Below are positions 9,167 through 18,653 of a DNA stretch of 64,000 bases, piece after piece. Source of the stretch: an uncultured virus (IMG/VR IMGVR_UViG_3300045996_002556) (taxonomy: Duplodnaviria > Heunggongvirae > Uroviricota > Caudoviricetes); IMG/VR virus record IMGVR_UViG_3300045996_002556. One strand, written 5' to 3'. Below the pieces are notes generated by a model, which was given only the letters and a program-made list of their open reading frames with translations, did no database searches and was not told the origin of the DNA. Made by a program: the position numbers and the translations under genes. Each line of letters starts with the position of its first letter. The stretch's first letter is position 1.

Positions 9167-9855
9167 GAGCCGCCACCCTAGCCAAGCTCGAACGCGAGCG
9201 CGACCAATGGAACCAGCGTCACCCGGTCGGCACCCCCGTCGAGTACTGGCCCGGCAAGCGTGGCGAAGGAAAGCCTGCGCGGAGCGAGATCATGTTCCGC
9301 GCGCAGGTGATGAGCGATCACGTCTCCACCTGGCTCCTGGGTGCTGCCGGGTCCATTCCGGTCTCGCAAATCCAGTCCCTTGCTCGGCTGAAGTGCAAGA
9401 CGGTGTATCAACCCTTCGCATCAGGCTTCGCGGCCGGGCTGAAGTGCATCGAAACGAACAAGCACCCCGGCGAGCGCTACGGCTTGCGGCACGGCGACCT
9501 GCTGGCAATCCATGCGGCGCAGAAGCCCCTGACCGAAGAGGCGTGGAACATCGCCGACCAGACCGGCCTGAGCACGGCCTGGATCTGTGAGGATGGCGGC
9601 TGCATTCCTCCTCTGGGCGCGGCGGTGTGCATCGTCCGGTATCTGGAGAGCCGCACCACCGACGACTTGCTTTACTCGCCGCATCGACCGCTGCCGCAAT
9701 CCGAAATCCTCTTGGGGGATTACGGCCCCGACCGCCACGGCTGGCGGACGGAGTTGGTGCATGCGTTTGCGGAGCCCATTCCGGCGAAGGGGCAGCAGGG
9801 CATTTTCTACTGGGATGTGCCGGCGGAATGCCGGTGGTGGGAGGTGCAGCGATGA
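9163..9855 (+). CDS. ASCH-domain protein with extra N-terminal domain
   Basis: TVYQPFAS..GLKCIET..LAIHAA..GAAVCIV..GDYGPDRHGW..PIPAKGQQGIF. Confidence 0.8.
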   Translation: MRAATLAKLERERDQWNQRHPVGTPVEYWPGKRGEGKPARSEIMFRAQVMSDHVSTWLLGAAGSIPVSQIQSLARLKCKTVYQPFASGFAAGLKCIETNKHPGERYGLRHGDLLAIHAAQKPLTEEAWNIADQTGLSTAWICEDGGCIPPLGAAVCIVRYLESRTTDDLLYSPHRPLPQSEILLGDYGPDRHGWRTELVHAFAEPIPAKGQQGIFYWDVPAECRWWEVQR

Positions 9856-10091
9856 GACTTGCTGTCACGCACGAAATCGAGGTGAGCCCGACCGAATTCG
9901 GCCGCATCTTGACTGGAAAGCAGTTCCTCGTTCTGCGTAGCGAGGCGGACTTCCAGGACGGGGACCGGCTGGTGATCCTGGAGCGGGACCACCAGGCGGA
10001 GTGGCATACCGGCCGCGTGCTCGTGCGGATTGGGGACGTGGAGCGAGTCGAGGGGCTGGTAGTGGTCGGACTACGGGAGACACGAGGATGA
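9852..10091 (+). CDS. DUF3850/ASCH-like PUA protein
   Basis: HEIEV.P.EF..ILTGK..LR..DFQDGDRLVILE..TGR. Confidence 0.7.
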   Translation: MRLAVTHEIEVSPTEFGRILTGKQFLVLRSEADFQDGDRLVILERDHQAEWHTGRVLVRIGDVERVEGLVVVGLRETRG

Positions 10092-10681
10092 ACGCATTTC
10101 AGCTTTTCAAAGAGGACGGAACCGGCGCTGGGATCTGGGCCTGCGCACAATGCGGGAGCCTCTATGGCGGCGTCCGCGATACCACGCGCAGCGGCCCGAG
10201 CATTGCGGAAGCGTGCTGCACGCCCCGTAAATGCGACTGCGGAGAACCGGCCGAGCGCCACCGGACCGCCTGCGCGGCGTGCATCGCTCAACACGAGGCC
10301 GAACGGGAAGCAGAGCGGCTGGCGGCGGCCGAGAAGTTGGACGCCTGGGATGGCTGGGTGTATTGGGATGCCGCGAACCACAACGACGGCTATTTCAACA
10401 GCCTGGGCCAGCTCCTCGATTGGCATGAGGAACAGGTGGCGGACGGCGAGACCGCGCCGCCCCTGCCGGAGTTCGTGTTCGTGTGTCGGGCTACCCCGGC
10501 CTGCACGCTGGATGCTGATGACCTGATCGAGCGCGCCACCGAAGACGCTTTCGAGGATGCGGCGGACCAGGTGCAGGGGCGCGAGGAGTTGGCAGCGGCG
10601 TGCGCGGCCTTTAACGAGGCCAACGCGGGCCTGTTGAGCTATACGCCGGATTTCAAGCGAGCCGTGCGGGTGTCGGCATGA
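10088..10681 (+). CDS. Cys-rich hypothetical protein
   Basis: Coupled ORF with RBS. Confidence 0.7.
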   Translation: MNAFQLFKEDGTGAGIWACAQCGSLYGGVRDTTRSGPSIAEACCTPRKCDCGEPAERHRTACAACIAQHEAEREAERLAAAEKLDAWDGWVYWDAANHNDGYFNSLGQLLDWHEEQVADGETAPPLPEFVFVCRATPACTLDADDLIERATEDAFEDAADQVQGREELAAACAAFNEANAGLLSYTPDFKRAVRVSA

Positions 10682-11274
10682 ACAGCCACACGTTCCATTC
10701 GCACGGCCCGGTCCGCCGCGAAACACTCCTCCTCGGAATGTGGGTGGAGAGCCCCTTCCCGGGCGAGGGTCGCCAGTTCGTCACCCGCGAGGCGGAAGTG
10801 CTCTGGGTGCGCGAGGAAGAGAGCCGCATCGAGTTGTTCTGGGATGCGGACCTGCTGGACGGCATCTCTCGCTGGACGCACGTCCCGAGTGCCATCGGCG
10901 AGGCGCGGGAAGTCGCGGCCAAGCGCAGGGTGACGGCAGCGGACCGCCTGGAAGTGCGGGTGACCTGCCTCGTGACCGAGACGCCTGCCACTCCCGGCCG
11001 CCAGCGCGAAGAGGCGTGGATGAAGCCGGAGTACGTTGCCATCGAGCACGCCTACACCGGCACGCCGGAGGAGTTGGCGCGGGTCGCGTCCTTCCAGTGG
11101 CTGCACGACACCGACTACACCCGGGAGTGGAACCCGGGTAGGGTGGCGCTGGAGAAGCGTACGGTGGCCGAAGGGGTGGTGTGGTCGTCTCGTCGGAGCG
11201 AGGAGGAGAACGCGGCGGCGCTGGCGGCTTTCCTGGCTCCGTTTCAGGATGCGGAGGCAGTATGCGCGGGCTGA
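10678..11274 (+). CDS. Hypothetical protein
   Basis: ATGA-coupled ORF. Confidence 0.65.
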   Translation: MNSHTFHSHGPVRRETLLLGMWVESPFPGEGRQFVTREAEVLWVREEESRIELFWDADLLDGISRWTHVPSAIGEAREVAAKRRVTAADRLEVRVTCLVTETPATPGRQREEAWMKPEYVAIEHAYTGTPEELARVASFQWLHDTDYTREWNPGRVALEKRTVAEGVVWSSRRSEEENAAALAAFLAPFQDAEAVCAG

Positions 11275-11885
11275 ACCTTTACGACGCCGAGGTGCGCAGA
11301 CTCCTCGATCACGGCAGCGTCCTGCTGCTTCGGCCCATCGCTCCGCAACCGCAGAGCCCGTGCAGCCACGTTGAGTTGCTCCGTGATGGTGGGCGGGTTG
11401 ACTGGATCGCGGGAGACAACACCGGGCGGGTGTTCCGCTGCCCCTACGGAGTCGCCGACGAAGAACGCTTCGTGCGGGAGGCGTGGTTCAACAACCTGCC
11501 GGAAGATCAGGACCCGCAACACGTCTACTATCGGGCTGATCCTGACGAGCCGGATTTCGACGGGGAGACCATTGAGCGAGACGGCGGCGGGTGGCGCTCT
11601 GCTCAACACATGCCGGAGTGGGCGAGCCGCGCCCGGGTCCGCTGCGAGGCAGTGGTGGCGCTACGCCTGGCGAGCATCGAAGAGGAGCAGGCGGCGGACG
11701 CCGGCGTGCCCTGCCTGATCTGCCGGAAGACGCTGGTTCACGATTGCCGCTGCACCTGCGATGACGCGAATTACGTGGACGACGTGAAGCACTGGTGGGA
11801 CCGGCAGCACGGGAAGCGCTACCCGGCGGCGAGCAACCCGTGGGTGTGGGCGGCGCTGTGGCGCCGAGTAGAAGGAGCAGCCTAA
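11262..11885 (+). CDS. Conserved phage protein, ASCH-related
   Basis: CPYG..FVREAW..YRAD..WRSAQHMPEWASR..NPWVW. Confidence 0.75.
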   Translation: MRGLNLYDAEVRRLLDHGSVLLLRPIAPQPQSPCSHVELLRDGGRVDWIAGDNTGRVFRCPYGVADEERFVREAWFNNLPEDQDPQHVYYRADPDEPDFDGETIERDGGGWRSAQHMPEWASRARVRCEAVVALRLASIEEEQAADAGVPCLICRKTLVHDCRCTCDDANYVDDVKHWWDRQHGKRYPAASNPWVWAALWRRVEGAA

Positions 11886-12163
11886 TGCTCCTAACGACGC
11901 CCCTGAACCTCCGCGAGGCCCTCCTCGCCGCGACCCCGACGGACGCCGGCTACCGGTATGCGTACACCAAGCGGCTGGACTACCTGGCCGAACTCGAACC
12001 GGCGAGCGATGAGTCGACCGTCGCGCACTGGACGGTGGGGGTGGCTGTTCACCGCCAGGCGCCGCGGGAGATTGCCCTTGATGATCCACGCTTGAGGGCG
12101 GTGCGATGGACCAGCGAGGGGGACGAGAAGCCGGGGCGGCAGCAAAGGAAGCGCCAGGGATGA
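11885..12163 (+). CDS. Hypothetical protein
   Basis: TAATG coupling; AAGGAG RBS. Confidence 0.6.
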   Translation: MLLTTPLNLREALLAATPTDAGYRYAYTKRLDYLAELEPASDESTVAHWTVGVAVHRQAPREIALDDPRLRAVRWTSEGDEKPGRQQRKRQG

Positions 12164-12759
12164 GCACAGCAGAAACTCCCCTAGCTCCCGGCTTCTCCCT
12201 CTTTGCCTGCGTCGGCAAATGGGCACGGCCGCACTTTCGCTGGGGGCACCACTCCGGCGGTATAGTGTTGGGCTGGCTAGCGATCGGCTGGCTGAACTAC
12301 GACGTAGACTGCACCCTCGGCAACTACCATCGGCAAATGAAGGCGACAGAGAGCGCGACTGTAGATGCTCAACTCCGCCTCGCCGGGGCGCTCGATGACT
12401 GGCGCGTATTCCGGGCCTGGCTGGCGAGCCATCCGGCCGAGGCGCCGCTGGTGATCCCGGACGGCGTGTACCTCCTCGAACACTACCTGCACGTTCACGG
12501 CGTTCCTGACGCGGAGTGCCAGTGCGAATGCGGGAGCCGGGAGTGTGAAGGCTGCGGCGTCAACGGCTGTAACGGCGGTTGGCAGATGATGCGGTGGTTC
12601 GGGCGGGCGCACGACCTGTCGGGCTGGATGTTCTACGAGGTGCTGGGCAGTGACGTGGATCTGGCGGAGACGTGGGGTGAGGCGGTGACCGTGTTCGATG
12701 CGGCGTTGGCGGCGGTGAACTGGTATGAGGACAAGCAGCCTAGCGAGGTGGCGGGATGA
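12160..12759 (+). CDS. Hypothetical protein
   Basis: ATGA coupling; Cys cluster. Confidence 0.6.
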   Translation: MSTAETPLAPGFSLFACVGKWARPHFRWGHHSGGIVLGWLAIGWLNYDVDCTLGNYHRQMKATESATVDAQLRLAGALDDWRVFRAWLASHPAEAPLVIPDGVYLLEHYLHVHGVPDAECQCECGSRECEGCGVNGCNGGWQMMRWFGRAHDLSGWMFYEVLGSDVDLAETWGEAVTVFDAALAAVNWYEDKQPSEVAG

Positions 12760-13268
12760 GCGAATGGGTGACGCTTCACCGTTTCACGGTGTTGGGCGAC
12801 CTCTACGAAACGTCGCCCAACAAGCTGCGATCTCTTCAGTACGCTCGGGGATGGGCCATCGGCAAGGCGAAGGACGCCAGTCGGGTCGCCGCGAGGAGAG
12901 CGTGGCAGCAGTACGGCGATCGCTGTTTCGTAGTGCCGGTGCGACTGTCACTCGCGATTTACCGACCAGGCAGGCGCTTGGATGAGCTGAACGCCTGGGG
13001 AGGTGCCAAGTGGCTTCTGGATGAGCTTTTCAGCGCGCTCGACTACCCGGGCCGCGGGTTCACGCCGACCGACGGCCCGACGTGGGTGAGCCACGGGCCG
13101 GTGGAGCAGGTGGTCGGCAAGGCGTACGAGACCGCTCTCGCGCAGCGGCGGATCGCCGGGCCGTGCGTGGTGGTGACGGTGGATGCAGACCCGGCGCTGG
13201 CGAAACGGCCGAAGCTGGACAAGCGGCAGCGGGAGCGGGTAGCGGCGATGATCGGAGCAGGACGATGA
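12756..13268 (+). CDS. RusA-like Holliday junction resolvase
   Basis: SPN..PVRLSLAIY..RRLDELN..AKWLLDEL..TDGPTWV. Confidence 0.65.
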   Translation: MSEWVTLHRFTVLGDLYETSPNKLRSLQYARGWAIGKAKDASRVAARRAWQQYGDRCFVVPVRLSLAIYRPGRRLDELNAWGGAKWLLDELFSALDYPGRGFTPTDGPTWVSHGPVEQVVGKAYETALAQRRIAGPCVVVTVDADPALAKRPKLDKRQRERVAAMIGAGR

Positions 13269-13744
13269 GCGCCCTTCTATTTCTCGATGTGGATGGTGTC
13301 TTGAACGATCACATCCGCTTTCCCAACGGCTACTGCGGGACCGATCCGGCCTGCGTGGGTCACCTGAACCACATCCTGAAGACCGCTCCCGACGCAAAGG
13401 TCGTTATCTCCTCATCCTGGCGCTACCTGCTACACAGCGGCTCGATGACCCTGGCCGGGCTGGAGAACCTGCTGCTCACGCACGGGCTGGACATCTACGG
13501 CCGGCTGCATGGCGTGACGGAACGGGATGCGGAGTTCCCGCCGGACGCCGCGCAGGAGACCTACGACCGGCTCGGCCTGATCTACCGAGCGCACCAGATC
13601 GACGCGTATCTGCGGGAGCATCGGCCGCAGCGGTGGTGCGTGCTGGACGACTTGCCGGTGCCCGTGCCGCAGTTGGTGCAGACCGATGGGGCGAAGGGGT
13701 TGGAGGAGCGCCACGTCGAGGCGGCGTTGGAATGGCTATTGTGA
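13265..13744 (+). CDS. HAD-superfamily protein (Swiss-army-knife RNA-repair-type HAD)
   Basis: LFLDVDGVLN, VVISSSWR, WCVLDD, VQTD..GL. Confidence 0.9.
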   Translation: MSALLFLDVDGVLNDHIRFPNGYCGTDPACVGHLNHILKTAPDAKVVISSSWRYLLHSGSMTLAGLENLLLTHGLDIYGRLHGVTERDAEFPPDAAQETYDRLGLIYRAHQIDAYLREHRPQRWCVLDDLPVPVPQLVQTDGAKGLEERHVEAALEWLL

Positions 13745-14040
13745 CCGCCTGGGACCTCGTGCTCAGCGGTGGACGCGGCGGCGTGACTGGCACCCGGCAG
13801 TCGTGGGCCACGCTGGGCAATGTGACGGTGTACGGCGCGGTAGGGGAGACGTTGGGGGAGTTGCTGGTAGCAGTAATGGGGAGGGAGAACCGGAATGGCA
13901 ATCGAGACTACGGATATTGGCGATCTGGACCCGCTGGCGTTGGACCTGATGGCCGCACAACGCTGGATGGGCAAGACGCCGCCGCGCGGGCGGTTGAAGA
14001 TGGCGGAGCAGGTCCTGGCGGCGGGTGGCTCCACGGATGA
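13732..14040 (+). CDS. Hypothetical protein overlapping the next gene
   Basis: Fills the gap between coupled genes. Confidence 0.35.
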   Translation: MAIVTAWDLVLSGGRGGVTGTRQSWATLGNVTVYGAVGETLGELLVAVMGRENRNGNRDYGYWRSGPAGVGPDGRTTLDGQDAAARAVEDGGAGPGGGWLHG

Positions 14041-14215
14041 ATACGAGAAGATCCGCAAGGCGTTGAACCAGGCGCGGGCAGAGGAGCGCGAGGCGTGCGC
14101 TCAGGTGGCCGAAGCTAAGGCGGCTACGAACGAAGAACGCGGCTGGACCGAGGAGGCGAAGGAGGCCCAGGTCATTGCTGCTTTCATTCGCAACCGCTCG
14201 GAGCGTGCCGGATGA
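13895..14215 (+). CDS. Hypothetical protein
   Basis: RBS; ARAEEREACAQVAE phage motif. Confidence 0.65.
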   Translation: MAIETTDIGDLDPLALDLMAAQRWMGKTPPRGRLKMAEQVLAAGGSTDEYEKIRKALNQARAEEREACAQVAEAKAATNEERGWTEEAKEAQVIAAFIRNRSERAG

Positions 14216-14640
14216 GCCCCGAAACTCTGCAGCGGGCGCGAGGAATCGCCACCGAAGTGCGGCGAGCGGTGTTGGCGCAGAACGACGGAAAGCCCGGGGG
14301 CTGCTGCCATGATGCGGCGTTCGCATTGGGGCTGGCACTGACCCGGGCCGGGTTCCGCTGCGTCCTGGTGGTGGGTGGCATTCAGCACGGCCGTTCGTCG
14401 CCCGCGAACCATTGGTGGGTGCGACTGCAGGCCACGCCCGAGGGGAGCCTGCCGGCCTGTTGGGTGGCGGATGTGACCGGGGATCAATTCAACCGAACCG
14501 CTGAAGCGTGCGAGGCACGGCCGATACCGGAGGTGTTGATCGCGCCACTGCACGAGTGGCCGGTGTTTACCGAGAGCGGCTCTACGCCCGTGAACTTCCG
14601 GCGGATTTTGGCGATGCTGCCCGCTGGGGATGTGGCGTGA
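14212..14640 (+). CDS. Papain/transglutaminase-like fold protein
   Basis: GCCHDAA...NHWWV...ADVTGDQF gives a Cys-His-Asp pattern. Confidence 0.6.
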   Translation: MSPETLQRARGIATEVRRAVLAQNDGKPGGCCHDAAFALGLALTRAGFRCVLVVGGIQHGRSSPANHWWVRLQATPEGSLPACWVADVTGDQFNRTAEACEARPIPEVLIAPLHEWPVFTESGSTPVNFRRILAMLPAGDVA

Positions 14641-14900
14641 CGCCTGTCGAGGTGGATGCGCTACTCCTCGGCCCCCTCGTCCGCCTCCGCCGCGAGACGC
14701 TGCGAACAGCCGCTGCGCTCGTATGCGGCGACTGCCGGGCGGGACGCGAGCCCTCGCGCTGTGGGTCGGGGTGGCGGCATGGGGATGTGCGGTGTCTGGC
14801 GGGGCCGATTTGGATACGGATTGAAGAGGAGAACGAAGATGCGAAAAGGGATGGTCGGGTTACTGATGCTGGGGATGCTGGCAGGGTGTGCTGTGATTAA
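14637..14900 (+). CDS. Small zinc-binding protein
   Basis: VCGDCRAG..WRH..CLA. Confidence 0.55.
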   Translation: MTPVEVDALLLGPLVRLRRETLRTAAALVCGDCRAGREPSRCGSGWRHGDVRCLAGPIWIRIEEENEDAKRDGRVTDAGDAGRVCCD

Positions 14901-15111
14901 GCCGGAGTCGGAGAACGTCACGACCTCCAACCAGAGCGCACGAATCACGGTGCTGTTCACCGACGCGGACGGCTACACGGTCAAGAAGTTCACCGACAAC
15001 TATCGCGATCACTACTACGTCACGCCGGGGCCGGCACGGGTGATAACCCACTACCCGAGCGGGAAGGCTCAACTGCCCGAGGGCGTGACCACCGTGGGCG
15101 CGGCGCGATGA
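14839..15111 (+). CDS. Lipoprotein
   Basis: Signal peptide with LAGC lipobox. Confidence 0.75.
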   Translation: MRKGMVGLLMLGMLAGCAVIKPESENVTTSNQSARITVLFTDADGYTVKKFTDNYRDHYYVTPGPARVITHYPSGKAQLPEGVTTVGAAR

Positions 15112-15458
15112 TCGACGCGGATCTGGAACGACGGGCCGCACACTGCGTGACCCACTACGCCGAATGCTCCGCCCCTGGCGGCGAGAAGCGTCTCTGCGCC
15201 TGCCAGATGGCGCGGAGCCAGGCGCTGGACACGCTGCTGGCGGCGCTGGGAACGACGGACCCGGCCGAGGCGCTGGTGCGGGTGCAGCAACTCCGGGCGG
15301 TGACCGAGGTTGCGGCAGGGCAGTGTGTGGACTGCCGAGGTTCGGGCAGCGCAATGGTGTCGGAGTTCACCGGCGCGGGACTGGACTGGCACCGCTCCTA
15401 TTGTCCGCGCTGCGCATCAGCGCGTAACGTTTTGGATGCCCTGAAAGGCGGCGTGTGA
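15108..15458 (+). CDS. Cys-rich hypothetical protein
   Basis: Coupled ORF; CVDC/CPRC. Confidence 0.65.
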   Translation: MIDADLERRAAHCVTHYAECSAPGGEKRLCACQMARSQALDTLLAALGTTDPAEALVRVQQLRAVTEVAAGQCVDCRGSGSAMVSEFTGAGLDWHRSYCPRCASARNVLDALKGGV

Positions 15459-15835
15459 TGGATCTGAAAGACGAGATCATCGCAGGGCAGCAAGAACTCC
15501 TCGATCACCATCGAGCCTGGCTGCACGGGCGGGAAGAGGGAATGCGCGCTCGCGGCAACGGGGAGCCGGAAACGAACGCGGGGGAGGGCGACACTCCAGC
15601 GGTTCGCGGTTGGCTGCGGGGTTGGGGCGAGATGGATCACCACCTGCGGATGCAGCAGGCGGAACAGGGGCTCGGTGCTTTGTTGAAGGCATTGCGGGAG
15701 CCGGACCCAGCCGCAGCACTCCTACGAGTGCAGGTGATGCGCGAGGCGCTGGAGACGATCGAGCACAACGACGGCTGGACGCTCTCGCCGCCGAGTGCGG
15801 AGTTGCTGGCGAAGGCCCTGAAAGGCGGTGCGTGA
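15455..15835 (+). CDS. Hypothetical protein
   Basis: Coupled ORF; shares a helix motif with the previous gene. Confidence 0.65.
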   Translation: MMDLKDEIIAGQQELLDHHRAWLHGREEGMRARGNGEPETNAGEGDTPAVRGWLRGWGEMDHHLRMQQAEQGLGALLKALREPDPAAALLRVQVMREALETIEHNDGWTLSPPSAELLAKALKGGA

Positions 15836-16074
15836 TGGGACACGCGAAGGAGCACCGCTGGGCGCGGTCTTCGGTGGTAGGCCTTCCACTGAGCGGCGAC
15901 CCGGAAATCTGCGGCGACTGCCTGAAAGTGAAGCGCACAGATGGAGCGAACCCGCCCTGCCAGGGTTACCGCGGAACGGGGCTTCGCTGGTCGCAGGTGT
16001 GTCGCCATTCCTGGCAGCGCGGCTTCTGCATTCACTGCGGCGAGAACCCGCTTTTCGGTGAGCCGAAACGATGA
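15835..16074 (+). CDS. Small Cys/His-rich protein
   Basis: TGATG coupling; CGDC, CIHC. Confidence 0.6.
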   Translation: MGHAKEHRWARSSVVGLPLSGDPEICGDCLKVKRTDGANPPCQGYRGTGLRWSQVCRHSWQRGFCIHCGENPLFGEPKR

Positions 16075-16346
16075 AGACGCCGGAACAGTTGGCAAAATGC
16101 CTGGCGGCGGCGAAATCCTGGCGACTCAACGATACAGATGCCGAGCTGTTGATCGATGCCCTGATGCCGGACGCGGAGCCGGCAGCGAAGGAACAGCGGG
16201 CGGCCGTGCGGGCGGGGCGGAACGAGCGCCTGGCCGAAGCGGTGTGCCGGGTGCGAGCCGGAGAACGCAAACGGGACGTGTGCGCAGAGCTGGACGTGCA
16301 TCCCGATACGGTGCGGGATTGGCTGAAGCGAGGAGCGGGGCTGTGA
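16071..16346 (+). CDS. HTH DNA-binding protein
   Basis: GERKRDVCAELDVHPDTVRDWL. Confidence 0.8.
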   Translation: MKTPEQLAKCLAAAKSWRLNDTDAELLIDALMPDAEPAAKEQRAAVRAGRNERLAEAVCRVRAGERKRDVCAELDVHPDTVRDWLKRGAGL

Positions 16347-16897
16347 GATTTGATTTCTCGTGGGTAGACGCGCAGATGCCGCAGATGCCCGAACCACGCC
16401 CGCGGGTGGTGGTCTTCGGGGATCGCGAGTGGCGCGGGATGTGGCTGCGCGAGCAACGGAACTGGGATCTGAACACGACCGGCATCTACCTCTGGGAGCA
16501 CGGTTGCATCCCTACGATCTATGTCCGAGCGGGTCGCTATTTCCGGTCGATGCCGGATACCTACGCCCATGAGCACGGACACCACTACTGGTTCAAAGCC
16601 CTGGACCGCAAGGCCCGCCAGCACTGGAAGCGATTTGCGTCCGGTAATCCGAGCCTGATGCCCGAAGTACACGGCGCCTACCGGAAGTCGGGTTACCAAT
16701 GGGAAGAGTTCTTCGCGAAGAGCTTCGGATGCTACTTCAGCGGAGGAGAAGTCCCAGCGCCGACAGCGCGGCGCCTGCGTGAAGTCTGCGGCTTGCCACG
16801 GGAAGGTGTCGTGCGGATGCGCAGTGCTCCACCGCCAGCCGTTCGTGTGCCACCTGCGGCGTACGGTCAACTCGCGCTCTGGAATGGTCTTCTATGA
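16343..16897 (+). CDS. Zincin-like metallopeptidase
   Basis: YAHEHGH plus downstream EEFFA. Confidence 0.7.
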   Translation: MRFDFSWVDAQMPQMPEPRPRVVVFGDREWRGMWLREQRNWDLNTTGIYLWEHGCIPTIYVRAGRYFRSMPDTYAHEHGHHYWFKALDRKARQHWKRFASGNPSLMPEVHGAYRKSGYQWEEFFAKSFGCYFSGGEVPAPTARRLREVCGLPREGVVRMRSAPPPAVRVPPAAYGQLALWNGLL

Positions 16898-17478
16898 CTG
16901 CAGACTTGGACACCCTGGCCGTCCGCGCCCAGACCGGCACCAGCCACGACGTAGACGCCTTCCTGCGAGCGCTGCGGCCGTTGCTGGAGGCGACAGCGCG
17001 GAAGTTCCGCCTCTGGCACGAAGAGCCCGCCGATGTGGTGCAGCACATGGTCCTGGAGGTGTTGCGCACTCTGCCGACGTTTGACCGACGACGCGCAACC
17101 GCAGCCCGGTTCTTCGGCCAGGTAGCCCACCGGGAACTGATGACCCGCTACCGAGCGGGGCAGCGGGGGAAGTGCCGCATCCTGCGCACCAGCCTGGAAG
17201 TTCGCCTGGCCGCCTGGGGTGAAGCTGGGGAGCCGAGAGACCACCGCCCGGCAACGCCTGCCCTGATTGAGCGTCGGGCACAGCGGGAGGCGGTGCGGCG
17301 AGCCATGTTGGCGGCGGATCTCTCGGAGCGGCAATGGGAGGTGCTCTGGCTGCGGTTCGTGGAAGGGCTCTCCCAGCCGCAGGTGGTGCAGCGGCTGGGC
17401 ATCACGAAGGGGCCGGCGTGGACCTACGAGCAAGAGGGGCTGCGCAAGGTGCGGCCGTTACTGGAGATGTGGGCATGA
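16894..17478 (+). CDS. Sigma-70-family (region 2 + region 4) sigma factor
   Basis: DVVQ..LPTFD..(region 2); LSERQWEVLWLRFVEGLSQPQVVQRLGI (region 4). Confidence 0.85.
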   Translation: MTADLDTLAVRAQTGTSHDVDAFLRALRPLLEATARKFRLWHEEPADVVQHMVLEVLRTLPTFDRRRATAARFFGQVAHRELMTRYRAGQRGKCRILRTSLEVRLAAWGEAGEPRDHRPATPALIERRAQREAVRRAMLAADLSERQWEVLWLRFVEGLSQPQVVQRLGITKGPAWTYEQEGLRKVRPLLEMWA

Positions 17479-17855
17479 GCGACCTGCCGGGGCGCGTGCT
17501 GGTGGAGCTGGTCGGCTTTACGGGCCACCGGGACCGCGTGGTGGACGAGGCCGCGCTCGATATGGTGCGCGAGCGGCATCCGAACGCCGCCTGGGTTCAC
17601 GGAGACTGCCCCCTCGGTTTTGACGCCTTTGTGGATGCTTACGCGAAGCGACACGGTATCCGGCGCATTCCCATTCGGCCGAAGTCACGCACCGCAGCGC
17701 ACTACCTGGAGCGCGATCGCGAGATTGTGGATGCGGTCAGTATCCTGTATGCCTGCTGGGACGGACGGAAGATGGGCGGGACGTTCTACACGCAGAAGTA
17801 TGCGCAGGGGAAGGGCGTGCCGGTGCGGTATCTGCGGCCGAAGGAGTTGGGGTAA
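17475..17855 (+). CDS. SLOG-superfamily (YspA/DUF2493-like) protein
   Basis: VGFTGHR, VHGDCPLGFD, YLERDREIVD, WDG..GGT..A..KGVPV. Confidence 0.8.
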   Translation: MSDLPGRVLVELVGFTGHRDRVVDEAALDMVRERHPNAAWVHGDCPLGFDAFVDAYAKRHGIRRIPIRPKSRTAAHYLERDREIVDAVSILYACWDGRKMGGTFYTQKYAQGKGVPVRYLRPKELG

Positions 17856-17862
17856 AGCGCCA

Positions 17863-17905
17863 GAAACGACACAACCGCAGACCCAAGGGCCTGCGGCGGT
17901 GTTTC
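17863..17905 (-). terminator. Terminator-like hairpin at a convergent junction
   Basis: Stem 17875-17896; minus-strand tail TTGTGTCGTTTC. Confidence 0.55.
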
Positions 17906-18102
17906 CATATATGGCTTGTCACACTCACGTGCGGCAAACATACGGGTTCAGCAGCCGTATTTTACCGCGCGTGAGTCCCGTTGGCAATCACCACTCCTTC
18001 ACACGCTTACCCGGCTCGGCACCCCAACCGGGGCACGGCGCTCCCGGCTCCACCTCGAACAACTCCAGGTGGTCGTACATCGTCCGGTAGACGAAAGCGG
18101 AC

Positions 18103-18375
18103 TCATCGCGGCTGGCTCTTCCGATCGATGCACCGCAGCAGGACCTCCAGTTCCTCGGGTGTCTCCACCTGTAGTTCATGGCGGAAGGCTCCACTACCCG
18201 TCCGCAATTCCAGGTTCCAGACCCCGTGGCGCATACAGTGCGGCAACGCGTCAATGACGAAGTGGGCATGGTGGCGACGAAGAAGCGTGCCGCCACCGCC
18301 GGAGTCTTGGAATTGATGCTCAATCAGGTGTTCGCGGGTGAGCGTGCCAGGGATAAGGTCCGGGCGTTCGGTCAT
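18103..18375 (-). CDS. Hypothetical protein
   Basis: GGGGAG RBS; follows the upstream stop. Confidence 0.55.
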   Translation of the reverse strand: MTERPDLIPGTLTREHLIEHQFQDSGGGGTLLRRHHAHFVIDALPHCMRHGVWNLELRTGSGAFRHELQVETPEELEVLLRCIDRKSQPR

Positions 18376-18379
18376 CGGG

Positions 18380-18649
18380 CTACTCCCCCTCCAGCGGCTG
18401 AATATGAGTGAGGGTAAAGTCGCCCGGCTGCCCGACGATCCGCACCTCGTAGGACTTGGTGCCCGTCTCGGTAATGCCGATGATGGGGTCGCCGATCGGC
18501 TGCGGCACGTCGTCGTCGGTCCATTCGGGCCAGAACCAAACGCGAGTGCCGGGGCCGTAGTGCGCCTTCCAGTAGGTAGCGAGCGCGGCAACAGCGACGG
18601 GCTGGCCTTTGGCGGCGGCTTGTTGGAGTTCGTAGAAGTCGCGATCCAT
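18380..18649 (-). CDS. Hypothetical protein
   Basis: GAGGAG RBS; operon spacing. Confidence 0.6.
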   Translation of the reverse strand: MDRDFYELQQAAAKGQPVAVAALATYWKAHYGPGTRVWFWPEWTDDDVPQPIGDPIIGITETGTKSYEVRIVGQPGDFTLTHIQPLEGE

Positions 18650-18653
18650 CGGG

